From positions 47,430,001-47,494,000 of the forward strand of contig CM060732.1 in NCBI GenBank assembly GCA_030704615.1: a stretch of DNA of 64,000 nt, written 5' to 3'. Below the pieces are notes generated by a model. That model saw only the letters and a program-made list of their open reading frames with translations. It was not told the origin of the DNA and made no database searches. Of this stretch, positions 13,173-25,331 are shown one piece after another. Numbering within the stretch: the first letter of the stretch is position 1; every line of letters begins with the position of its first letter. The translations under genes were made by a program, and so were the position numbers. The DNA is from Takakia lepidozioides (taxonomy: Eukaryota; Plantae; Bryophyta).

Positions 13173-16100
13173 ATGGACGCCATGGTGGACTACATATTTC
13201 GGGTAAAGCTCCTCACTGTTTTGTTGAGCTAATCTGTCTCTCCTCCCCCAATAGAAGAAAAAGTGTTGAGCAGGATCTCTAATCTTATGTGCGCATTCTT
13301 CACAGACGAAAATTCAGCAGGATTTGGCACATGCGCGGAGGTTCTACATGGAGTCAGAGGAGAAGAAACTAACCCTTCCGACACTGGAATCGTATCTCAA
13401 AGCTGCGGAGGCGAAGGCCCGCATCAAGTACAAGTCGCGGATGGTAAAGTACGTGGCCATAGCTAATCCCGCCCTTGGTGCCGATTTTCTAGTGGAGGTG
13501 GGGAAGCACTACTCCCGCGCTCTGAAGCCCACAATGACATTGGAGAAGCTGCATCGTCTAGCCACATCATGTGTGGATGCAACAGAAAATGTTATACATT
13601 CTTAACCAAATTGTCGTGGCAGCAATTCGTTTTTGTGGTGTTTGGCGCTTACTAATATGCTGGGTGGTTGGAGAGACCCGGTGGCTCCAAATCTGGAATG
13701 GTTCCCAAAGTACAAGGGACATGTGGAGCTTCCCCAAACCCGACATGTGGATGAACCGCATGACATGGTGGTTTCAGGTACTTTCCACGCTTCATTTGGG
13801 GCGTCTACTCTTGTTTCGGATGGATTTATTGTATTTTTTGAGGAAAACCGTCTGATGGAGAATCTCCACAGGTGACGACGAATGCGCGAGAGCAGCTTGA
13901 CACACAAGCACATCAGTTCAAACTGGAGATTTCTGGTGAAGTTGAGAGCCTACGCGACTATGTGACGAGGTACTTTCTGCTCTACAAAACCGACCTATTC
14001 TTTCGAGAGATACCCCATGCCCGCCGGAGCCACGAGTTCACTGACCAGCCGAACGCGGACAAAGTGACAATGCGCCTTCTGTACAGGTACAAACGTTGTG
14101 CCTTTCTTTTTAGTCCTAACATTTCCAGGATGTAAGAGGCCCTATGTGGCGCATGAAAATTAGTTGTGGTCCTAGGAAAAATGGCGCCGAATTTCCGAAT
14201 TCGGGCCCTGGGGGATGGCTGTCCAGGAGGTGCCTGGCACTCAGTCCGGAAATTCGGCGCCGTTTTTCTAGTTGCAGGCCCAGTCAGATCTGGGACTTAC
14301 CCATTCTCGGTTCCAACCTGGGAAAAAAATGGCACCAAATTTCCAATTGAGGGCCCCGAAAATGGCTAGGTCCTTTGGGAGGCTGGCACCGAATCCGGAA
14401 ATTCGGCGCCATTTTTCCAGATCAGGGCAAAGTTAGCTCTGGGACTTAGCCATTTTCGGGCCCAACCTAGGAAAATGGCTAAGTCCCTTTAGAGGCAGGC
14501 ACCGAAACAGGAAATTCGGCGCCATTTTTCCAGTTCCGGGCCCAGTGAGTTCTGGGACTTGGGCATATTCGGCCACAACCTGGGAAAATGGCGCCGGTTT
14601 TCCAATGCAAGGCCCCGAAAATGGCTAAGTCCCTACAGTGGCAGGCACCGAAACCGGAAATTCGGCGTCATTTTTCCAGTTCCGGGCCTAGTCAGCTCTG
14701 GGACTTAGCCATTTTCGGGCCCAACCTGGGAAAATGGCGCCGAATATCCAGTGCAGGGCCCCGAAAATGGCTAAGTCCCTACAGTGGCAGGCACCGAAAC
14801 CGGAAATTCGGCGCCATTTTTCCAGTTCCGGGCCCAGTCAATTCTGGGACTTAGCCATTTTCGGCCACAACCTGGGAAAATGGCGCCGGTTTTCCAATGC
14901 AGGGCCCCGAAAATGGCTAAGTCCCTACAGTGGCAGGCACCGAAACCGGAAATTCGGCGTCATTTTTCCAGTTCCGGGCCCAGTCAGCTCTGGGACTTAG
15001 CCATTTTCGGGCCCAACCTGGGAAAATGGCGCCGAATATCCAGTGCAGGGCCCCGAAAATGGCTAAGTCCCTACAGTGGCAGGCACCGAAACCGGAAATT
15101 CGGCGCCATTTTTCCAGTTCCGGGCCCAGTCAGTTCTGGGACTTAGCCATTTTCGGGCCCAACCTGGGAAAATGGCGCCGAATATCCAGTGCAGGGCCCC
15201 AAAAATGGCTAAGTCCCTACAATGGCAGGCACTGAAACCGGAAATTCAGCGCCATTTTTCCAGTTCCGGGCCCAGTCAGTTCTGGGACTTAGGCATATTC
15301 GGCCCCAACCTGGGAAAATGGCGCCGGTTTTCCAGTGCAGGGCCCCTAGTGTGGCAGGCACCGAGACCCGAATTTCCAGTTCCGGGCCTAGTCATTTTCA
15401 TTCCCTAAAATTTACCTCGTTCCCGAGACCTCATTCTGTGTGTTTCTTGAATGCAGGTACTGCAAGTTCTCCCTTTTGGAGAAAGGACATATGTCCTTCG
15501 AGCTGCCATTCTTCCTCGCATGGAGGAATCCTGGGGCTGACTCCATGTACACTGACGTTATCATGAAGGAGTGGCATCTGGAACATTTGCGCGACTGCCC
15601 TTGGTATGTGGACCTTCCGCCCGGCTCGCTCGACCCATCCGAGTTTCAATTGAAGCTGGATGCTGAGGCTCGACGAAACCGGGCTCCGTTGCCTCCGCTG
15701 GGTCCAAAGGAGGCGAGAGCGCTTGCCCAGTCCAGAAAAGCGGCAGAGCTTGCTCAGGCAGGTATTCAAGAGAAATTGAATGAGAAGAATAAAGGACAAA
15801 AGAAAAGGACACGGAAACAGGGGAGTACAGTAACCCCCAAAAAACAGAAAACCACCGGGGCACCAGAGGAGGCGCAGGAGGGGCCCCAAGGGAGTGACTC
15901 CGACAACGACTTTGTGCAAGGTCCTGCGACTGCTGCTGCTGCTACCAAGTCACCGGTCGTCCGGGTTCCCAAGTCAGTTCGGTCTGGGATCTCTGCCAAG
16001 AAGTTGGTATTTGAGGGCGAGCCTACACGGCAGTATTCGGCGGTGACGTTTCCGAAGAGGCCAAAGCTAGAACCCCCAACCATCATCCAATGTGTCAATG

Positions 16101-17800
16101 AGAGCTTCCTTGACGCTCTGGCTGCCAGGGCAAAGAAGGTGGCACACAACAAGTCTGTGGAGGAGCAGAAAGGGAAAGCCAAGAAGAGGGCTCCCAGTAC
16201 AGAGCCTAAAGACACCCCTGGTTTTGAATCCATGATGGAATTCTTCACGGCTGTGAGCACGGATTGCAAGAGCACTCGGGGTGGGGTTGAGGTGGAGAGA
16301 GCCTGCGATATGATTCTCCTCGATATTCCAGATGGGGAGCTGCTGGAGGGCCTGGATGGTGTGCCCACATGGAACAGGTTTACTGAGGACTACTGGAGAG
16401 CCGGGTTTGGGCTGGCGGGGATGCTCTTGGATGATGGTGGATGTATGGTGGTCCTTGCCACAAGAGGGAAGACCACAGACAATGTTGTGGCAAGGTGGAC
16501 ACCGAAAAGTGTCACCCCGGTCCTCCTCAAAAAGTGGTTCTGCATCAATACGCAGGGGTTGCGAACAGAGGGCCAGAGTGTAAGTTATCAATCTATTGCA
16601 TTCACTTCATATTGTGGTGTATCTGAACTAGACCCTAGAGTTGATCCCTCTTTTGTTGGATGTGCAGACATTGGTGTTTGACGCATATTGTTTTGTGAAG
16701 AGAGGGTCTACATTCAAATTCCGCAACGACGGTCGTCTTGTTGATGCCGCTGTGGACCCTGTTACCTACGATGTCCTCTACAACTATGTGCCCCACTTCA
16801 GTATGCCGAAGGACACAAAGACAGGCAAACCGTGGTGGTACAGCCGGACCCGGAGCCCTGCTTTCATCCAAACCCTCATGGAAATGTGCTCGGATGTCCA
16901 AGGGCGGATTCTTGACCTCACATGCGGCACGGGTAACCCTTCACGTGCACAGTTTGTCCCCTGGCCCGATTGCAATTGCATGCCGCATGCTACTAACCGC
17001 CTGCTTTGTCCCTCAGGTGCCTCAATGTGGGCAGGGACATTGTCCGACAGGCATGTCTTCGCCTTCGAGCCAGATACTACCATCCACAACTCCGAACTTG
17101 CAGCGGCTGAACGTCTGCCGAAAGAGGAAGAGGCATCCTCGGAGGATGAGGAAGAATCCGACAAGGAGCAAGGGGAGGTACAAGTTGGGATCGAGGCCGA
17201 GGAGCCCCCGGTTTACGAGTGAGTGGTCGCATTGTAAGTTGCCTCCTGATTTCGTGAGGCACCTCCCTTCGCTCTCTTATTTCATTGAAAGACCCTTTTT
17301 TGCTTCTCCTGGTATTGACATTCTTAAAGTGGATTTGTTCTTACTGCAGGATGCCAAGTACTGCAAGAGGGACGTCTACACCGCAGTTCATGGGCAGGAG
17401 GAACATGCCTTTTTTTGCCAGGGGGAATTTCATGCCTAGTCCAGAAAGGGACTACATCCTTCCTACTTATGCTGCCCGGCTTGCTTCGGTGTCCATTAGG
17501 AGGTCTTCCGAACCTAGTCGTGTACATCAGATTTTAGACGAGGCAAGCCTCAAGAAAATGAAGATGAGGGAGGAGGCAGCAGCTATTATAGCCCGTCAGG
17601 CTCATAGATTTGTCTTGGATTCTGCTAAGGAAAGTGGGGGAGAAGAGGCAGAAGATTCCCAGGAGGTGAGGTGGACAGTCCCCCAAGGAGAGGACGGAAT
17701 TTTTGAGAGGCATAGTGGAACTGATGCATCACAGAGCTCGGAGGATGGGGGGGATGAGGAGGAAGGCGGGGCAAGTTCCTCGGAGGGTGTAGGAGAGTAG
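13173..17800 (+). CDS. Spliced MULE accessory gene with a C-terminal beta-class N4-cytosine/N6-adenine DNA methyltransferase-like domain and an acidic tail
   Basis: GT-AG introns at 14087-15456, 16580-16667 and 16933-17016 (TACTAAC branch site) give CDMILLDIPDG...W...YWRAGFGLAGMLLDDGGCMVV...RTRSPAFIQTLMEMCSDVQGRILDLTCGTGASMWAGTLSDRHVFAFEPD. This is a motif IV ... X-I-II order. The 5' exons and the 3' end (stop at 17222 or a further exon to 17800) are approximate. Confidence 0.75.
14170..15345. repeat. 146-bp tandem array (~8 units) inside an intron of the MTase-like gene
   Basis: Period of 146 (14588, 14734, 14880...). Each unit carries two GGAAA..GGCGCC..TTTCC palindromes in opposite orientation. 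Confidence 0.95.
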
Positions 17801-19039
17801 TGCCCATTCCGGCTATGACACTTAGGACACATTTGTATAGATGTGGCTTGCCACAAAATTTGCAATAAAATGTTGCATTTCATTGCTATGACGAGTCCAC
17901 TGGTGCCAAATTCCAACTTCATATGACCCTATTTCCGTGCCTCCTAACCCTATTTCCGTGGACACACAATAGTCCGCTTATGTTTTTTTTTTTTTCCGCT
18001 CATGAAATAGCAACCCCCATACTTCTTTATCATACAACAAAGCTTATGAAAGATTATTATCGATAAATGATCTGGTAATCTAGTGATCAACTCTGACACT
18101 TCCTTTATTCCCTCATCATTGTTTTTTGCCATGCAAATGATTTACTGCACTGTTGTACTCCTACCCTTAATCCAACGGAAGACTCTCTCTATCTTCGTTT
18201 CCTTAATCTGCTCCTTCTTGAGCTTTAGATATCCACCTATCGATATTTCTCTTGGTAGACCATAAACTAATTCTCACACCGAATTCTTATCTGTTTCATT
18301 TGTGTGCATTCTCACCATCTCATATAATTATGGTTCTTCAGTTCTTACACACAGAATCACATTCTCATTCCATCACTCCATTCTTCACACATACACAAAG
18401 TGAATTGCACTTCATTTTTCTTCTTCTTCTCATTCATAAATCACAACACTGCAAGAACTCAGTACTAAATCTACCATTGCCGAATATCTCTACCTCCTAC
18501 TCATCCTACTCTCCCTACTCCGGTCACGGCTCTCTGGCTCAACTGACATTTTCTGCTTTTCATGAACACATTATATATCAAAGCGCTTCAATAACTGTAA
18601 TAACCGCTCAAACTCTTTCATCCATCCTTTACAATTACTCATCCATTCCTTCTATCATTCAGTCCAAGATAGACTATCGACTGTATACAAGATATCGAAG
18701 AACACTGCTCTATCGCAGCAATATCGAAGGTATCACAGGTTCTATCGATGAGAAAGATATTAAAAAGTTCTAAAAATTGTCATTGAGTAAGAAATTCCTA
18801 TTATTCCACATAGCCCCACTCCTAATTGTGTAGCGTCCTCGGAAACACTAAATCTTCTGCAACTAATTCCTTGGCCGCTTTTACCACCTCCCTTCTGATT
18901 CTTGTGATCGACGATGGTCACGCTCATCACCCTCCTTCTGAAACTGCTTGAACGCCATATAGGGGTGGTATCGCGAAGGCCCCCAATCATCATACATAGC
19001 GGAATCTGCACATTGAAGAAATCCGCTCAAGCACATCAA

Positions 19040-20330
19040 TTATAACACCCTCATTTCCCTAGCTGGGTGATGCAATAACTTGGCCACCATCCCAAATTCT
19101 TGTCCTCCCAACATTGGCCTGTTACCATCAACAACAACATGGTAGTAGTGACACCACTTAGCCAATACTCCGCAAAAGATGGCTGCCATAAAACACAAAT
19201 GATCAAAATAATTCGCATGCAGCCCCTGGAACGCTTTGTACGTTGTCTCATAATAGTCCGCAGTGCTGAACTCTCCCGGAATCAATGGCCAATTGTAAGG
19301 TAATGACGTTAGGTGCTCATTCTCATGCCATTGACCACGACGTGCACACATACACACACCAAATCGGCCTGTAATATTTCGTGGCCATGGTCCACTGATT
19401 GGTGTCAATCGAGTGCCCATCTTCAAAATCGATTCTCCTGTTGCAGTATGGCCATAGTCCTGCCCCATCCATAACAACACTTCCCAACATGGCAACACCT
19501 TATCATCAGAATCCGCATAGACCTTCTCCGTCCTGCCCAAAAACTCTGAGTACTCCCAATTAGTAGAAAAATGACATCATTCGAATCGCGAACCCCACCT
19601 GAGAGACTTGTGTAGCACTAGGTTGATTGATGTAGAAATCCTTCATCCACTTGGCGGTCAATAACTCCGGCCAGGTTTTTGCCTCCATCCACCTGCTTAC
19701 CCTTTGCTGAATTGTCGTCTGCATCCAGACATAGGCAGATCCATGTAAACACTCCGGTACCAATCGATACCTGCGATGAGCTCTCTCCAACATTGTATGG
19801 AACTGGGTCTTGTCCAACACTTGAGCCACCAGAGGTTGCACCATATCCAGGTACCTTGGCAACAATTTGTCATCTAGCCTTGGAATAGCAGAGAGAAAAC
19901 CACAAGTATGTACTCGATTCCAGTGCCTATCCCGGAGATGAGATTGTCGAAACGCCTCCAGTCTATCTTCCAACTGTTTATAATACAAAAAACAGCGACT
20001 GGCAGGATCTCCAACAGTAAACAAAAACTGTTCTGGGTGGGCGACTGCCACGTCTCCCCTAACCACCATCTCCACGGCTAGATTCTCCATGCGATAGTTG
20101 CACATGTCTTCCCACTCTTCCTCCAAATCAATTGGCTCCTCTCCGCCATTGAAAAGCAATTTCAAAATAGTATTGTCATACAAGTATCCTTGACTAAGGC
20201 TTTGAGCATAGCACACCTCCTGCCATCCCTGCAAAACACTGAGTCCAACAATTTCTGCAGGTCTTATCATCTCTCTGAACTGTTCCAACTCGGACATTTG
20301 TGCCTTCATGGTCTGTTCCATCACATTCAT
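19040..20330 (-). CDS. Further uncharacterised accessory ORF(s) in the gypsy 3' region
   Basis: ORFs of 256 aa and 166 aa, collinear with pol; no recognisable motif. Confidence 0.4.
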
Positions 20331-20497
20331 CTCCCTTGCTGTTCAATGCGATAAGAAACAAATTCCTGCTGCAAGGCTACATATCGTTCCTCAGGATTGT
20401 CTATGGTTGCAGGTTGTTTCCACATTTCTGCTACTTGCTTGGTAATCTCCGCCAATTGCCTCTCCAATTCACTAATACGAGCCTCTTTTGACTTCAT

Positions 20498-21667
20498 CTA
20501 CTCTGTCTGTGTGGCAATGACTACATCCTTCTCAACAATAGCCTGCTGATGACGAGCCTCTTTCATCTTCCACTGATCCTGGAATTTGTGGAGTTCCTTT
20601 GCATCTGCTTCCATTCTCTTCTTCGTATCATCCCACGCAAGCTGCAACTGTTGATTCCGCGATAAGGTGGCAGTATGCACAATCCTCAAATCGGCCAATT
20701 CTTTTTGCAAATCCTCGTGATCCAGGGCTTCTGCTGCTACCATTTGCAATCCCTCAACCAAATCACGGAGCTTCGTTGCAAAAGACTGACTGCTTGCATT
20801 GTTGCCTCCCAACTCTACCAATGCAACAGTGGTATTGGCAGTTACCAATGTTGAGGCCCTTTCATTCGCCCTACTCGACTCTGGTCTGTCAATAGTCTCA
20901 GTAACATTTGTATTGACAGAAGGTGGCACCTTCAATCGATGCTGCAAAATCATAGACAAATAGGTTGCACAGAACAGAGTGTCGGTCTTACCAGCCTTCC
21001 TCTTTACTACTATCTCATCATGGATCTTTCCACACACAAATCCCGCCCAATCGATTTGCAGGCCCATGAATGTCGCTACCACTGAATTGAGTTACGATGA
21101 CGCGACATAAATAGCAGTCTTTTTCAAGGCTAACCGGCTTACTGCAAATTTCATCCACTCCATCATTTCAGGCTTTTCTGCTTTGGCAATTGCCCAACCT
21201 CCCGTTCGATTGAAAGCACTCTCCTTAAAATGGCTTGAAGGAACAAAAGATTCATCTTTAAAACCATCAACTTCAATCCCTGCTGAGGGTAATAGCAAGA
21301 TCTCTGTAACAGTGCGGGCATCAACAACTATCGGCGAGCCCTTCACTATTCCACTCTTTGAGCTAGGATCATAGGAATTGTAAAATTGCATCACTAATGA
21401 CATGCTAGGCTTCGGCAGACCCTTCAAACAAAAAATCAAAAACTCCAACATCTGTGCCTGTCTCCACAACGTTTTCTGCTCTCGATCACCCAAAATCATA
21501 TAAATGTCACAACTCCGTAATTTTTCTGCCATCATAGAAACTAGCGGTGGCAATGGTTGCTGCACAACTTTCTTCACCATCTTGACGGATGGACTTGGAA
21601 CACTAGTTTGCTCCCCAACACTCACTGCACTCAATACTCTTTGTCGCTCAGTACACTCACTTCTCAC
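20498..21667 (-). pseudogene. Retrotransposon accessory ORF (Athila-ORF1/plant-transposon-protein-like) with a C-terminal coiled coil; one in-frame stop
   Basis: LVMQFYNSY...VKGSPIVVD..TVTEILLLP and GLQIDWAGFV resemble accessory ORFs of plant LTR elements. ORFs 21092-21667 and 20498-21082 share a frame. Confidence 0.55.
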
Positions 21668-21803
21668 TGTGACAGACTATGCGAAATGTAAGAACACTGG
21701 CAGATGACAAGAAGGATAGCAAGAAGAATGGCAAGAAGAGCCCCACTCCTATCTATCGCTCAGGATGACCTGACCTAACAGCTGGTAAATACGGATACAA
21801 ACA

Positions 21804-21816
21804 CCCCCTCCCACTT
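21804..21816 (-). promoter_or_regulatory. Polypurine tract followed by TG (candidate start of the 3' LTR at 21803)
   Basis: The minus strand reads AAGTGGGAGGGGG|TGTTTGTATCC about 25 bp after the integrase stop. Confidence 0.6.
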
Positions 21817-21841
21817 AACCTAAATTATGCCCTCAGAAACA

Positions 21842-24800
21842 TTAGGTCAAGTACAACTTAAGACGATCGCCGTTTATGCGGGTCAGCAATGGGTCGCCAT
21901 TGATGGTAGCCAATTGTATAGAGCCATTTGGAAAAGCTTCCACCACCCGATAGGGCCCGAGCCACCTCATCTTCAATTTACCAGGAAATTTTTGAAAACG
22001 GCTATCATAAAGAAGGACCAAATCTTGAGCTTTAAAGATCTTGGGCTTAAGGCGGCTATCATAATAATCCTTGTGCCGCAATTGTGTAACTTCAATGTTC
22101 TGTAACGCCTGTCGACGAAGTTCATCCATCTTAACTAATTGCAACAGACGAGCCGATAATGATGGAACATTGCCCAACCGTTCCTCGATAGCTATGCGGA
22201 GGGAAGGAATTTCAAGGTCGATAGGCAATATTGCCTCTTGTCCATAAACCAACTGGAAGGGAGTAAATCCAGTAGTAACTTTAAATGCAGTCCGATAGGC
22301 CCATAATGCATAAAATAATTTAGTGTCCCAATCACTGCCAGTACCAGAAATTGTCTTTGTTAGAATACCACAGAGCAACCCATTGGTCTTCTCCGTTTGA
22401 CCATTAGCCCGTGGGTGATAAAGAGTAGTCTTCCGATGCTTAACGACATATTTGGCAGTCATCTGCTCAATAATAGAATTCAAAAATGCGTACCACGGTC
22501 GCTCACAAGCTCTTGGGGACAACCAAATCGAGTGATGATATTCTCGTAAAGAAATTGTGCCACAACCTTGGCCGTATCGGTACGAGAGGCCATAGCTTCA
22601 GCCCACTTAGTGACATATTCGGTCGCAACAAGAATATATCATTTCTGACCATTGCAAGAAGCAGGGGCGATAGGTCCAACAAAATCGATGCCCCACTTCT
22701 CAAAAGGTGCATGTGCAAGAATGGGAACCAGGGGCATAGAACTCGATCGCACAGGCTTACCAACACGTTGGCATGCATCACAGCGACGCACATAAGCAAA
22801 AGCAACCTTAAACAGGGTAGGCCACCAATAACCTGCCAATAACACCTTCCATCCGGTGGCATCTCCTGCAAAGTGACCGCCACAATAATCGGCATGGCAC
22901 CCTTCCAGTATCGTCGGAAATTCAGCTTCCAAAATGCAACGTCGCAATACACCATCGTTCCCAAGCTTGTACAATGTTTCCCCAATAATTGTATAAGGCG
23001 CAGTCTTCTCGACTAACCAACGCTTCTGCTTCTCAGTATAACCCTCTGGAAATTGCTGTAACGATAGGTAATTAAAGATGAGAGCATACTCCCCTGTCAT
23101 CACATCGACCACAAAAAGGGAAGCATCTGGAAGCGAATCATCTATCGGCTCTTCGCCTACTCCTTCGATAGACAACTTAAATGATCGGCATTAGCATACT
23201 TGCGCCCAGGGCGAACCACAATTTTAAAAGTAAACTCTTGCAATAAAATAACCCACCGGGCCACTCTGCCACTCAGCTGAGGTTTATTAATAAGATATTT
23301 TAGTGCATCATGATCAACATGAAAAACAAATGGATAACCCAATAAATAATGGCGATACTCTGAACCGAATAAATCATGCCCAAACCTTCTCGTTCAGTGG
23401 TAATATAATTTTTCTCCGCCGCAGCCAATTGACGACTTGCAAAATATATCAGATGATCAAACGACTTTTCATCCTTCTGACTTAAAACGCTACCAATAGC
23501 ATAGTTTGAAGCATCCATATAAACCTGAAACTCCTTATTCCAATCGGGGAAATCAAGTTAGGCGCCTTTATCAATCGACCTTTTAATTCTTGGAAAGAAT
23601 GCTGACATTCCTTTGTCCATTGTTGTTCGGCATCATGTTTTAATAATTGTGTCAATGGTAAGGCAGTCTCGGCATATCGGCGGATAAAGCGGCGATAATA
23701 ACCCACATGTCCCAAAAAGACACGTACCTCTGTCACTGTCGTGGGGGTAGGTAATTGGAACATTTCGGGCCTGCATTAAGGGAAATTCCATATTCTTTAT
23801 ATTTTTGAAAGCACAGCTCCAATATCTCAGCATATGTTGCTTTGATGCAATAAACACAAAAATCATCCAAAAAAATCTCCATAAATAGACGCAAATAATC
23901 CTGCAAGGCAGCAGTCATCACGCGTTGAAACGTAGCAGGAGCATTGCAAAGTCTGAAGGGCATGACTTTATAGGCATAAGTACCCCAATCGGTAGTAAAA
24001 GTAGTCTTTGGTCGATCCTCTTCTGCAATCGTGATCTGATTATAACCAGAAAATCCATCGAGGAAGGAATAACACTCATGGCCCGCTACTGCATCCAAAA
24101 TAGTATCAATGAAAGGTAATGGAAAATAATCCTTTCGAGTCACAGCATTAAATTTCCAGAAATCTTGACAGATTCGTACTTTGCCCGATTGTTTCTTGGG
24201 CACAACCACTATAGGCGATACCCAATCGCTATAGGGTACAGGATAAATGAATCCAGCAGCTAACAATTTATCCAACTCTTCTTTAACCAACAGAGAATAT
24301 TTAGGATTCAATCGATGTTGGCGTTGCCGTACTGGCATTGCTCCTTCCTCCAATATAATGCGATGTTGGCAAAATTCTGGGGGTACACCCCGAAGATCAG
24401 TATAGGTCCATGCAAAAGCCGTGCGATGTTTCTGGAAGAACGCCTTCCACATAGACAATTCATGATGGGATTTCCGCAGAAATTATAATGTCATTGGGCT
24501 CAGCAGCTGTATTCAAATTCAAGGTTTGATAGGGGTCTTTCTTCACCAATGGAGCACGGTTATCATCAGCCGAATCATACCACGCAATATCTTCCGACGT
24601 GGTGGCCTCGTCCCACTCAGATTCATGCTGCACCATATAAGAAGATCGGGTTCCCTCCCATCGCAAAATAGCATCATCAGAGTCACTATCGAAATCACCA
24701 TGCCAGGGGCACTCCCCTAGATTAGCACAACAGTAGATCCGTTGGCTACGTGTATGTTTAGGTGACATGGTAGGACTTGAAGATCACTATCAGGGTCAGT

Positions 24801-25331
24801 GGTCCTCTCCTTAGCTTCAGAGGTAAACTCAAATTCTAACTCCTGGGTCTCCCCATGATATGCTACTGGGTACATTTGCAACACCACCTTTTGTTCTCCT
24901 TTACCCAGAGTCAAAGTGCATTTCCCCCAATCATTTTTAGCTTTAGACTGGAACAACCATGGTCGTCCTAATAAAATGGGGTAAGAATAGGTAGAGACAT
25001 TTAGTCAAAAGACAACATAATCAATGGAATACTCAATAGCAGCAATTATAGTTGGGACGGTAGTCAGGACGCCCATTGGTTTGACACGGCTTTGATCGGC
25101 CATGCTCAACACCAATCGAGTGTTCTGCAAACCACCAAGTCCTAGCTCCTCCATTGTGTCAGAACTCATTAAGTTGACACTAGAACCACCATCAATTTGA
25201 ACTCCGGTAATAACAACGACATCTATTGTCACATCAAGGACAGGGGCACCTGGATCCGAATTGAGTGTGGATATACTCACTTCATGGAAGTCGTTATTCG
25301 ATGCCTGTTTCCGCACTAGAGATGACTGCAA
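21842..25331 (-). pseudogene. pol: gypsy pol (protease, RT, RNase H, integrase), frameshifted
   Basis: Motifs as listed for the element, spread over several frames. Confidence 0.92.

Larger units (their letters stand above)
7254..18018. mobile_element. Mutator-like DNA transposon, 10,765 bp, with two divergent genes
   Basis: TIRs GAGGTTAGCTATTTCATGAGC (7254-) and GCTCATGAAATAGCAACCCCC (-18018), flanked by an exact 8-bp TSD ATACTTCT (7246-7253 and 18019-18026). Removing the element rejoins an F-box-like sequence. Confidence 0.9.

Noticed and set aside
11768-15566. Many long overlapping ORFs on both strands over the repeat arrays
   Set aside because: Artefacts of stop-poor tandem repeats; one array lies in a GT-AG intron.
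16290-17110. Bacterial contamination or a restriction-modification operon
   Set aside because: The MTase-like domain is interrupted by spliceosomal introns, lies inside a TSD-flanked element, and has no adjacent restriction enzyme gene.
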